From Chitinophaga pinensis (GTDB lineage Bacteria; Bacteroidota; Bacteroidia; NS11-12g; UBA9320): DNA of 64,000 nt. The position numbers were made by a program, and so were the translations under genes. The stretch is from NCBI GenBank assembly GCA_945889315.1, contig CAMDBP010000006.1, positions 246-64,245 on the forward strand. Reading direction: 5' to 3'. How positions within the stretch are numbered: position 1 is the first letter of the stretch; every line of letters begins with the position of its first letter. This document shows positions 30,150-39,167 of the stretch, in pieces. Under the pieces are notes generated by a model. The model saw only the letters and a program-made list of their open reading frames with translations. It did not search any database and was not told the DNA's origin.

Positions 30150-31484
30150 TTACGCGAACCACTCTTTAACGAAATTTCGATCGGTTATTTTATCTTCTAG
30201 TCCTTGCGCAATAAGCTCATAAACTAGTTTAGTGTTACGAGCGCCTTTGGTTTTAGCTTCGCTATAGGGTAGATTGCTAAACGTCACCATTTCGTATTGA
30301 GATTGAAATACATCTGGATGCAAATCACAGATATCGTGTTCTACTTTTTTGTAATGTAAAAAGTCTTTATCTCCTACTAAATCACGCATTTCAATAAAAT
30401 TTTGAAGCGCTAAATCGGCAATTGCATCTGCATTGGGTTTTCTACGCACTTGATAGGCTTGCATCGCCGTTTCCCAATCGCCAAATTCTTCTAAACACTC
30501 GTCCAATACCACACAATCTTCAAATGCACAATTCATCCCTTGACCATAAAAGGGCACAATAGCATGACAGGCATCCCCTATCAACGTAGCTTTATTAATA
30601 TTCCATGGGTAACACTTTACGGTAACTAAGCTACCCACCGGATTCGATTTAAAATCTTCTAATAAAGTTGGCATTAGCTTCATCGCATCGTTAAAATACG
30701 TCGACATAAACGACAGAATTTCTTCGTCCGTATTAATGTTATCAAAACCAGTTTCACCTTCATATGGCATAAATATGGTGCACGTAAATGTTTTGTCTGG
30801 ATTAGGAAGCGCTATCATCATAAAACTACCCCGTGGCCAAATGTGCAATGAATTCGGATCCATAGCAAAATCACCATCTTCAGTTGCAGCTATACTCAAC
30901 TCTTTGTAACCGCTATTGGTATACGACTGTGAATAGTCAAATCTATTGGTACGTTGCATTTTATCACGAACGGGTGAAAATGCACCGTCACCGCCGATAA
31001 CATAATCTGCTTTAACTTCTTGATGAACACCCGTTTCTGTATTCGTAAACCAACAGGTTCCTGTTTCTAAATCTACTTGAGTACACATCATATTAAAGTG
31101 CTGGTGTACATGCTCATATTCATCCGCAAGCTGAAGTAACTGAACGTTAAGATGCGCTCTACTTACTGAATTAATAGCTTGCCCTTCTGCGCCATACGGC
31201 TGATAGGCTAAGTCTCCTTCTTTACTGTGCATCATACGACCCGCCATAGGTATCGCCTTTGCCAGTACAGCAGTGTCCAAGCCTACTTTATGCAGTGCAT
31301 TCAAACCGCGTGCGGAGAGTGCTAAATTTATAGACCTACCTGCAGGTATTTTTACGTTACGCATGTCCGGTCTGCGCTCATATATATTTACTTCATAGCC
31401 TCTTTTGGCTAAGTAAACTGCCACTAGCGATCCTGCTAATCCTCCTCCTACAAGTGTAATGCTCTTCATGGTTTGTGCGGTCAA
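30150..31484 (-). CDS. kmo: kynurenine 3-monooxygenase (FAD-dependent)
   Basis: The 444-aa ORF has the FAD motif ITLVGGGLAGSLVAVYLAKRGYEVNIYERRPD. The motifs SINLALSARG and LIGDACHAIVPFYGQGMNCAFED are typical of KMO. Confidence 0.85.
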   Translation of the reverse strand: MTAQTMKSITLVGGGLAGSLVAVYLAKRGYEVNIYERRPDMRNVKIPAGRSINLALSARGLNALHKVGLDTAVLAKAIPMAGRMMHSKEGDLAYQPYGAEGQAINSVSRAHLNVQLLQLADEYEHVHQHFNMMCTQVDLETGTCWFTNTETGVHQEVKADYVIGGDGAFSPVRDKMQRTNRFDYSQSYTNSGYKELSIAATEDGDFAMDPNSLHIWPRGSFMMIALPNPDKTFTCTIFMPYEGETGFDNINTDEEILSFMSTYFNDAMKLMPTLLEDFKSNPVGSLVTVKCYPWNINKATLIGDACHAIVPFYGQGMNCAFEDCVVLDECLEEFGDWETAMQAYQVRRKPNADAIADLALQNFIEMRDLVGDKDFLHYKKVEHDICDLHPDVFQSQYEMVTFSNLPYSEAKTKGARNTKLVYELIAQGLEDKITDRNFVKEWFA

Positions 31485-31537
31485 AGTTACGTATACAAGT
31501 TTTTTAAGTGATATTTGTTTTAATATAAATAATTATT

Positions 31538-32404
31538 TTGACGCATTCAGCCATTTTAATTTTGTTTAATCCCGCTGCACGTGGAGGAAAGTCACATCTA
31601 AAATTAAAAGCATACACCCATTATTTGACGTCACAAAAGCTAGCCTTTACCATCTACGAAACCAATGGAACGAGCGATGCTGATGACTTGGAATTACGAT
31701 TTCACGAAAACAACTATACTGCTGTAAGTATTATTGGCGGTGATGGCACGCTTAATCTTGCGCTCAACTGCTTACCTCATCTCGACATACCTATCCATCT
31801 TATACCTGCTGGTAGCGGTAATGATTTTGCCAAAATGTTAGCCTTAACTCCACAGGATGAACAGGTTTTTGAGAAAATCAGGTCTTATCAAAAAACCACC
31901 AGCATCGATTTATGGAGCTGCAACGGACGTAAGTTTATCAATGTATTTGGGGTAGGATTTGACGGAGAACTGGCTAAATCCATGCACGGAAAAACCTCTT
32001 GGATTCCAACAACTATGAAATATTGGATTGCCATAGCGCGACATGTTTTTTGGTATAGAAGTAAGAACATCACACTCAATGGCAAACCGTACTCTTCCTT
32101 TATGCTATGCGCAGCCAATGGACGCGTTTTTGGCGGTGATTTTAACATTGCACCACATGCAGATGCGCAAGACGGCTTACTAGAACTACTTCATATAAAA
32201 AAGGTAAACGTACTGCAGCGGTTGCTTTATCTACCCAAAGTAAAAAAGGGAAAACATCTACACTTAAACGTAGTAAATCATACCCAGCAAAAGACCATAA
32301 CCATAGAAGCCAAACACACGATGGCAGCTCAGCTAGACGGCGAACCTATGCTAGCCTCACGATTTGATATTCGCTTTGAGCGCAAGGTTAACTTCGTAAG
32401 TTAA
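31538..32404 (+). CDS. diacylglycerol-kinase-family lipid kinase (YegS/BmrU-like)
   Basis: The ORF has a TTG start. It carries ILFNPAARGGK, IIGGDGTLN and GSGNDFA motifs. Confidence 0.8.
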   Translation: MTHSAILILFNPAARGGKSHLKLKAYTHYLTSQKLAFTIYETNGTSDADDLELRFHENNYTAVSIIGGDGTLNLALNCLPHLDIPIHLIPAGSGNDFAKMLALTPQDEQVFEKIRSYQKTTSIDLWSCNGRKFINVFGVGFDGELAKSMHGKTSWIPTTMKYWIAIARHVFWYRSKNITLNGKPYSSFMLCAANGRVFGGDFNIAPHADAQDGLLELLHIKKVNVLQRLLYLPKVKKGKHLHLNVVNHTQQKTITIEAKHTMAAQLDGEPMLASRFDIRFERKVNFVS

Positions 32405-32408
32405 AAAC

Positions 32409-33215
32409 TTAGATTATCACTTTATCTTTACTCCACCGTCTCCATACGATGGCGCACAACACCAAAATACCCATTGCTATAAATTGAGAGTGTGAAAGCA
32501 CACCTTCTATCACAAAACCGCGTGTATCGTCTCCTCTATACATCTCCACAATGCTCCGACCAACGGCATACATCATGAGGTATATCAAAAACAACTGACC
32601 ATCAAATTTCTTTTTATGTTGCCATAGCAGGACGGTAATCAGAATAACCATATTTACCGCTATATCAAACAGTTGTGTGGGGTATAGAGGAACATTTTTG
32701 ATAGCAGCCAATGAATCGGGATTAGAAAAAGTAACCCCTACCCAACTGGTACACACTTTACCATGACAGCATCCAGCCAAAAAGCAGCCCACTCTGCCAA
32801 ACGAATGTACTACAGGGCCTACTATCGCCAAAATATCTAAAAATGGACGTACAGGAACTTTCTCTTTTTTAAGCCACCACACAATAGTAGGAACCGCAAA
32901 AATAAGCGAGCCGTAAAATACAAACCCACCACCAATAGCTCCTTTTATCAAGCTAGGATTGGCCGTAAATTTACCCATATCCTCTAAAAAGAAAAACAGC
33001 TTACCGCCAACAAAAGCAGCTAAAATTACCCAAATAAATAGGCTAGAAAGTGTATCTGAATCAAGCCCAAACCGTTTTGACTTTTGCAAGGTGATGTAAA
33101 AAGAAACCAAAACACCCAAGGCTATCATAAGCCCATAGCTGTGTAAGGTAAAATGATCTGGCAAAAAGCCTTGAAGAAAAGAGGGAATGGAAAAGGTACC
33201 TAATTCTGGAAACAC
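32409..33215 (-). CDS. lgt: prolipoprotein diacylglyceryl transferase
   Basis: The 268-aa polytopic membrane protein contains YGLMIALG, FGRVGCFLAGCCHG and LYPTQLF motifs. Confidence 0.9.
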   Translation of the reverse strand: MFPELGTFSIPSFLQGFLPDHFTLHSYGLMIALGVLVSFYITLQKSKRFGLDSDTLSSLFIWVILAAFVGGKLFFFLEDMGKFTANPSLIKGAIGGGFVFYGSLIFAVPTIVWWLKKEKVPVRPFLDILAIVGPVVHSFGRVGCFLAGCCHGKVCTSWVGVTFSNPDSLAAIKNVPLYPTQLFDIAVNMVILITVLLWQHKKKFDGQLFLIYLMMYAVGRSIVEMYRGDDTRGFVIEGVLSHSQFIAMGILVLCAIVWRRWSKDKVII

Positions 33216-33258
33216 GTTACAAGTATACGTTTAAATCTAAATTTCTGTCGAGTGGCAT

Positions 33259-34380
33259 TTATTTTTCATCTCCAATATACGCGGCATTATAGGCTCTCCC
33301 CTTCCATACGCTCTGTATAGGCAAAGCATAAAATACGGCTGTAGCCGCAGTATTTAACAGCACATAAAATTCATAGAGTATCAAGTAAGAAAAACGAAAT
33401 GGCCTACGATGTACGGCTAGCGATAAGAAGATAATAAAGAAACACTGAATCAGGAATTTGCTAAACCACAGTGCCATTGCCAACTGCGCATTAACCCAAA
33501 AAACATAGCATAATGCAGGTATAAATAAACCATACAGCACCAACATAAACTTCCAATTAAGCGGTAACTCTCGAGCTCCTATTAGCCAACGCTTACGCTG
33601 GTGCAGCATTTCTTTTACGTTGGGAATATACCAAGCCAACCCCAATGTTTCCTCACGCATCGTAGTGCGCCATTGCCAGCCTCTGCCCGTTACTTCTTTA
33701 AAGAGTTTGTAATCTTCAGTTATACTAAAATCAATTTCTTCATAACCACCCGTTTGCCAATAAGCCTCTGCTCTAACAGCCATATTGTTGCCTACGCTGG
33801 TGCATCCTATTCCCGCATTCGCAAAAGCCTTAATATATCCCATAAAATGAAGCCAATCTATGCCTTGCAATGTAGCAAAAAGACCGGCACGTTCGCACTT
33901 GGTAGTGCCACTTACTAGGCCCACACCATCTGTAAATTCTTGAAGTAAACCAAGAATCCAATTCGCTGGAAGCTTCACATCTACATCGGTGATAAAATAG
34001 AATTCTCCATTGGCCTCATGTGCTAACTGACCTAAAACATTCGCTTTACCTCTCCCCTTGCCTACTGTTTTATCAATTTGAAATAACTTAAAATGAGGTT
34101 TATCTTGGATAAATTCTGCTATGAGTGCAGACGTATTATCGGTACTCGCATCGTTGCCAATAAGTACTTCTAGGTATTCTTTAGGATAGTTGAGTTTTTC
34201 TATGGCTTCGAGGTTTCTAATGATTAGCTTTTCTTCATTTCTAGCAGCCAGCAAAATACTAACCTGAGGAAAATGCGTACGTTTTTGAAGAACCGCGGGT
34301 GTTTGTAACAAAATAGATACCAAAGAAAATAGCTGAATGCCAAAAAATATTCCGAGTATAGCGTATGCCAGAACAATCAT
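33259..34380 (-). CDS. processive family-2 glycosyltransferase (NodC/PgaC/cellulose-synthase-like signature)
   Basis: The 373-aa ORF has an N-terminal TM helix and three or more C-terminal TM helices. The signature motifs are NDASTDNT, ITDVDVK (DxD), ITEDYKLF and LHQRKRWLIGA (QxxRW). Confidence 0.8.
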   Translation of the reverse strand: MIVLAYAILGIFFGIQLFSLVSILLQTPAVLQKRTHFPQVSILLAARNEEKLIIRNLEAIEKLNYPKEYLEVLIGNDASTDNTSALIAEFIQDKPHFKLFQIDKTVGKGRGKANVLGQLAHEANGEFYFITDVDVKLPANWILGLLQEFTDGVGLVSGTTKCERAGLFATLQGIDWLHFMGYIKAFANAGIGCTSVGNNMAVRAEAYWQTGGYEEIDFSITEDYKLFKEVTGRGWQWRTTMREETLGLAWYIPNVKEMLHQRKRWLIGARELPLNWKFMLVLYGLFIPALCYVFWVNAQLAMALWFSKFLIQCFFIIFLSLAVHRRPFRFSYLILYEFYVLLNTAATAVFYALPIQSVWKGRAYNAAYIGDEK

Positions 34381-35006
34381 AATAGCTTCATTAAATATCC
34401 TTCCGATTTTAAAAACTGTAAATACTCAGGAAGTAAAATTTTTAGATTTGTCTCTGCCTTTTCACTATCGTGAAAAACGATAATACTTCCCGGACGCGTT
34501 GCTTTTTGAATTCTTTTTTGCGCTCTGTTTGTGTTTAGCCCAGGCAAGTAATCTTTGGTCAGTATATCCCACATTATTATCTCGTAATCTAGGCTAAGTA
34601 AGGCTATAGACTTAAAATTAATCTGGCCATATGGAGGTCTAAATAACTTACTTCCGGCAATAGTTTTATCACATAAAGCTATGTCGTGTAAGTATTCCTT
34701 CTTTAATACCTGCCATCCTTTAATGTGGTGTTGGGTATGGTTACCAAGTTGGTGATTTCGGGTATTAATAGCCGTTACGACTTCAGGATATTTGACAGCA
34801 TTATCGCCTACGGCAAAAAAAGTTGCCTTAGCTCCTACTTTTTCCAACTCAGTCATCACCCAAGGAGTAATAGCAGGATGCGGACCATCATCAAAAGTAA
34901 GATACACTACTTTCTCATCTACTTTTCGACGCCAAGTAAGCTGAGGTAAAAATGTTTTTCCTAGGGTATACCAGAAGTTCAAGTGCACAAAGCTAATACA
35001 ACCCAT
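34377..35006 (-). CDS. polysaccharide deacetylase, NodB-homology domain (carbohydrate esterase 4)
   Basis: The 209-aa ORF has NodB motifs LTFDDGP, GNHTQHH (HTxxH) and FRPPYG. I see no signal peptide. Its stop overlaps the GT2 start by 4 nt. Confidence 0.85.
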   Translation of the reverse strand: MGCISFVHLNFWYTLGKTFLPQLTWRRKVDEKVVYLTFDDGPHPAITPWVMTELEKVGAKATFFAVGDNAVKYPEVVTAINTRNHQLGNHTQHHIKGWQVLKKEYLHDIALCDKTIAGSKLFRPPYGQINFKSIALLSLDYEIIMWDILTKDYLPGLNTNRAQKRIQKATRPGSIIVFHDSEKAETNLKILLPEYLQFLKSEGYLMKLL

Positions 35007-35088
35007 AAAAAATCAATCTCTTCATTCTCGTAAAACGAGGATATCTCCCCATTAATCGAGTGCCCCAATTGATATGCACGTGGCCCAT

Positions 35089-35096
35089 TACATTTG
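35089..35096 (+). promoter_or_regulatory. candidate -7 box (TAnnTTTG) for the TolC-adaptor operon
   Basis: TACATTTG ends 23 nt upstream of the ATG at 35120. Because it lies inside the longer GTG-started ORF (35060), it argues for the 35120 start. Confidence 0.35.
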
Positions 35097-35119
35097 AGGA
35101 CTTTACAACCACCATCGCT

Positions 35120-36535
35120 ATGTACAAAGCCATTCTTATCTTTCTATTATTTGCTACACTTGGGCTAAAGGCTCAATCTACCGAAAAATGGAATCTTCAA
35201 CGCTGCATAGATTATGCCTTGGAGCACAATACTGCTATACAGCAAAACAGTCTCCAGGGTGTTATCTTAGCTAATAATTTACAGCAAACCAAACTTAGCC
35301 GCATACCAACACTAAACGGTAGCGGAAATCACAACTACAATATCGGTAGAACTATCGACCCCTTTACAAATACATTTAACAATACCACGATACAGAGCAA
35401 TAGCTTCTCGCTGAGTAGCGGCGTCTTGCTATACGGAGGTAGCCAGGTAAATAATCGCATAAAACAAAACCAAGTTGCTACCGAGGCTAATGCACAAAAC
35501 AATCAAGTTATTCGGAATCAAATTGCCTTATCTGTTGCCACTACGTACTTACAAATTATACAGGCAGAAGAAAACCTAAAGGTGGCAGAAGGACAGCAGC
35601 TACTTACCAATAGTCAGTTACAACGTGCTCAAAAATTGGAAGCGAGTGGCAGCACCAACCAAAGCGCTACTCTCACGCTAAAAGCACAAGTAGCCAATGA
35701 TCAGGTAACTATTATTAATGCCCAAAACGCCATAGAACTAGGCTACAATACACTTATTAATTTAATGCAACTGCCACTGGACGCAACCCTAGAAATTGAG
35801 TCATTGAACAGTGTAAACGTATCTGAGTTGCTAACCGATGACGTTGCAGACATCTACCAAAAAGCACTACTGAATCTTCCCGAAATACAACAAGCAGAGT
35901 TACAAATAGCACAAAGTCAATTGGGAGAGAAGATTGCAAGTGCAGGCCTACAACCTACCATAAGTGCCTATGGAAATATAAATACAGTGTACTCACAAAG
36001 CGGTAAATTATATACGGGTACTGGTAATTATGATATAATTCCCATAGGCGCCACAGAAACTACGAAAGAACTGGTGGTAACTGCGCGTGAGCAACTTTCC
36101 ATTACAGACAAACCTTTTGCAAATCAACTTTCAGATAATCTTGGACAGCAGGTAGGGCTATCCATGCAAATCCCTATTTTTAACGGATACAGAAGCAGAG
36201 CTGCACTCGAAAACGCCAAACTAAACACACAAATCACGGAGCTTGGCTTAGAAAACACCAAAAACCAATTGCGAAACGATGTGACTACCGCATTCACTAA
36301 CTTGAAAGCAGCCAAAAGTAGATATGAAGCAGCGCTAAGTAACCTAGAAGCACAGCAACTGAACTTTGATTTTAGTCAAAAACGCTTTGAAGCAGGTGTA
36401 ATGGGTAGCTATGAATTAGTCACTGCCAAAAACCAATGGAGTGCCGCTCAGATTCAGGTACTCAACGCAAAATACGAATACGTTTTTAGAGCGCTAATTA
36501 TTGATTTTTATAAAGGAAAACAACTACAACTATAA
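35120..36535 (+). CDS. TolC-family outer membrane efflux protein
   Basis: From the ATG at 35120 the product starts MYKAILIFLLFATLGLKAQ (signal peptide). The two-repeat coiled-coil/beta-barrel layout is typical of OEP/TolC (LQRCIDYALEHNTAIQ...). Confidence 0.85.
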   Translation: MYKAILIFLLFATLGLKAQSTEKWNLQRCIDYALEHNTAIQQNSLQGVILANNLQQTKLSRIPTLNGSGNHNYNIGRTIDPFTNTFNNTTIQSNSFSLSSGVLLYGGSQVNNRIKQNQVATEANAQNNQVIRNQIALSVATTYLQIIQAEENLKVAEGQQLLTNSQLQRAQKLEASGSTNQSATLTLKAQVANDQVTIINAQNAIELGYNTLINLMQLPLDATLEIESLNSVNVSELLTDDVADIYQKALLNLPEIQQAELQIAQSQLGEKIASAGLQPTISAYGNINTVYSQSGKLYTGTGNYDIIPIGATETTKELVVTAREQLSITDKPFANQLSDNLGQQVGLSMQIPIFNGYRSRAALENAKLNTQITELGLENTKNQLRNDVTTAFTNLKAAKSRYEAALSNLEAQQLNFDFSQKRFEAGVMGSYELVTAKNQWSAAQIQVLNAKYEYVFRALIIDFYKGKQLQL

Positions 36536-37830
36536 TGAAGAAACGAACTATATTTTACGTACTAGGAGGGCTCATACTGATCACTACCCTTATCGTAATA
36601 GGCAAAAACCGAAGTAGAGGTGAGCTGGAAGTGAACGTGGGTAAGGTAGAAAAACGCACGATTATAAGCACCGTAAGTGCCAACGGAAAAATACGACCAG
36701 AAGCCGAAGTAAAAATAAGTGCCGATGTGAGCGGTGAAATAACGGAACTGTATGTGCAAGAAGGTGATACCGTAAAAGAAGGTCAGCTGCTGCTAAAAAT
36801 AAATCCTGATTTGTACATAACCTCTAGAGATAGAGCAAGTGCTGGATTAAGCACCTCTAAAAGTAGCTTAAAAACAAGCGAAGCACAACTTACCCAAGCC
36901 AAAGCACGATTTACCGAGCAACAATCTGCTTTTCGTAGAAGTGAAAAACTATTTGCCGATAAAGTACTAAGTCAAGCGGAGTATGATGCTGCTCAGAGCG
37001 CATACGCCATTGCCAAAAGTGAGGTAGTAGCTGCGGAACAACGCATAGCTGCCGCTCGTTTTGGTATAGACAATGCCAATGCATCACTAAGTGAGGCCAA
37101 CAAAGCATTAGGACGTACCAGCATATACGCGCCAAGTGATGGCATAGTAAGTGCGCTTAACAACGAAAAAGGTGAGCGTGTAGTGGGTACTGCTCAAATG
37201 GCGGGTACAGAAATCATGGTCATTTCTAACTTTGACAATATGGAAGTAATTGTAGATGTAAATGAAAACGATATTCTACTCGTAAAAAAAGGAGATACTG
37301 CCTTAGTGGAGGTAGATGCGTATAGCGACCGAAAGTTTAAAGGTATTGTAACCGAAATTTCACGAAGCGCAAACAACGCTGGTGGTATGCAACTAAATAC
37401 AGATCAGGTAACCAATTTTGAAGTAAAGATACGCTTGGTTAAAAGCAGTTATACCGATTTGCTGGCCAAAAGCAAATCCCCTTTTTTACCAGGCATGAGC
37501 GCCAACGTAGAAATACAAACACAAGTTAAGAAGGACATTTTGTGCTTGCCCATAGAAGCCATTGGGACAAGGGTAAAAGACAGCACAAAAAGCACTTCCG
37601 AAGAAGATGAACTTGACGAAGTCGTGTTTAAAGTAGAAAATGGGAAAGCCTCTAAAATAATTGTATTTACAGGTATACAAGATAGCCGATACATCGAAAT
37701 TCTAAGTGGATTAAAAGATGGTGAAGAAGTTATTGTAGGTCCTTACGACGCCGTTTCCAAAAAACTAGAAGTCGATAAAAAAGTAAAAATCGTAGCGAAG
37801 AAAATACTGGATAAACTAGAAGAAGAGTAA
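36535..37830 (+). CDS. efflux transporter periplasmic adaptor subunit (HlyD/MacA-like membrane fusion protein)
   Basis: The 431-aa ORF has an N-terminal anchor, a lipoyl-like segment (ISADVSGEITELYVQEGDTVKEGQLLLKI), a long alpha-hairpin and a beta-barrel. Its ATG overlaps the TolC stop. Confidence 0.85.
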   Translation: MKKRTIFYVLGGLILITTLIVIGKNRSRGELEVNVGKVEKRTIISTVSANGKIRPEAEVKISADVSGEITELYVQEGDTVKEGQLLLKINPDLYITSRDRASAGLSTSKSSLKTSEAQLTQAKARFTEQQSAFRRSEKLFADKVLSQAEYDAAQSAYAIAKSEVVAAEQRIAAARFGIDNANASLSEANKALGRTSIYAPSDGIVSALNNEKGERVVGTAQMAGTEIMVISNFDNMEVIVDVNENDILLVKKGDTALVEVDAYSDRKFKGIVTEISRSANNAGGMQLNTDQVTNFEVKIRLVKSSYTDLLAKSKSPFLPGMSANVEIQTQVKKDILCLPIEAIGTRVKDSTKSTSEEDELDEVVFKVENGKASKIIVFTGIQDSRYIEILSGLKDGEEVIVGPYDAVSKKLEVDKKVKIVAKKILDKLEEE

Positions 37831-38033
37831 ATCTCTATACTTTTTCTAATAACAGGTTGCTTCCTAATCATTTTTTTACCTACTAAAGGTGATGGTTTTT
37901 AGTCCTTTTGAAATCTATAGCCTAAATAAAGTGTTGGAGCGCAAGCAATGTGAAAAAATACTAATTTTGGGGAGGTATTAGCTCACACAAATTTGAGGCG
38001 CGCAGCTAAACTCAAAAACGAAACAGATACACC

Positions 38034-38411
38034 TTGATTCTAACTATTTGCTTTTTACTCTTATTGGCGTACATCTTTGATGTAACCTCTGCCAAGACAA
38101 GGATACCTTCGGTTATTCTGCTTATCGCCCTAGGAATGGGTGTGCGTCAAGCTGCTGTCTTTTTTCATATTCCGATACCTGATTTAGAAGCAATTTTACC
38201 TCAATTGGGAACGGCAGGACTAATTCTTATCGTACTTGAAGGAACATTAGAACTAAATGAATCAAAACTGCCGCTTATTGGCAAATCAGCTTTGCTCGCC
38301 ATCATTCCGATGCTGGCTCTAAGTTTTTTGCTTGCCTATGCCTTTCATTTTTTCGGGGGTGTGTCATTTAAGATAGGATTGGCTAATGGTGAGTCCCGAA
38401 GAAAAACTTGA
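38034..38411 (+). pseudogene. truncated cation/proton antiporter (Na+/H+ exchanger family), N-terminal ~120 aa only
   Basis: ILTICFLLLLAYIFDVTSAKTRIPSVILLIALGMGVRQ...AGLILIVLEGTLELN matches the first three TM helices of the CPA-type antiporters I know, which are over 400 aa. The frame stops after 125 codons. See the findings for a possible original 3' end. Confidence 0.55.
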
Positions 38412-38453
38412 AGATGAAATTACAAAAGAAATTACAGACGAAAATCCCATAGA

Positions 38454-39164
38454 ATGAAAAGGCTTTCGATCATTCTCATAGTGCTTGCCTCTATGAATAC
38501 ACGTGCACAGCAAGACACCTGTTTTAAACCAAAAAATTGGACTATCCCAAGTGGACTTATTTTAACCGGAACCGCAGCGACCTATAGTAATTGGGGTCAA
38601 GACTTAAATAACTCGTTACAAGGGCAACTGTATACCCCGGGCAAACACACTAAACTAGATGATTACATCGCATTATCGCCGTCGGTTGCTGTTTACGCTT
38701 TAAATCTACTAGGAAATAAGGGAAAGCATAGTTTTACAGATAGAACTATCCTTATTGGCACGTCTTATCTTATTGCCTACCCCATCGTCATCGGGACCAA
38801 AGAAATCACAGGGATATTACGCCCAGATGGGAGCACATACAACTCTTTTCCCTCTGGTCATACCGCAATCGCATTTGCTAGTGCAGAGTTTTTAAGAATG
38901 GAATATAAAGATGTCAGTGCATGGTATGGCATTGCTGGATACACCGTCGCTACAACCGTTGCCGGACTTCGTATGCATAACAACAGACATTGGTTTAGTG
39001 ATGTATTGACAGGCGCTGGAGTGGGCATATTAAGCACGCAATTAGCGTATCGTGTGCAGCCTTGGTTAAGCCAAAAACTTTTTAAACGAGCGCACAGTAA
39101 CACCAGCATCTTACCTCAACTGGGTAAGAACAGTGGAGGATTTGTTTTAAGTATCCGTTTTTAA
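38454..39164 (+). CDS. PAP2-family phosphatase (exported/membrane)
   Basis: The ORF has a signal peptide and the acid-phosphatase motifs PSGHTA and MHNNRHWFSDVLTG. Confidence 0.85.
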   Translation: MKRLSIILIVLASMNTRAQQDTCFKPKNWTIPSGLILTGTAATYSNWGQDLNNSLQGQLYTPGKHTKLDDYIALSPSVAVYALNLLGNKGKHSFTDRTILIGTSYLIAYPIVIGTKEITGILRPDGSTYNSFPSGHTAIAFASAEFLRMEYKDVSAWYGIAGYTVATTVAGLRMHNNRHWFSDVLTGAGVGILSTQLAYRVQPWLSQKLFKRAHSNTSILPQLGKNSGGFVLSIRF

Positions 39165-39167
39165 TTA

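Noticed and set aside
33601-33918. A 105-aa plus-strand ORF.
   Set aside because: It is antisense to the GT2 gene, whose D,D,D,QxxRW motifs validate the minus-strand frame.
35060-35119. A GTG-started 20-codon N-terminal extension of TolC (MPQLICTWPITFEDFTTTIA).
   Set aside because: The extension precedes a canonical signal peptide that starts at the ATG at 35120. It also contains a TAnnTTTG promoter-like box.
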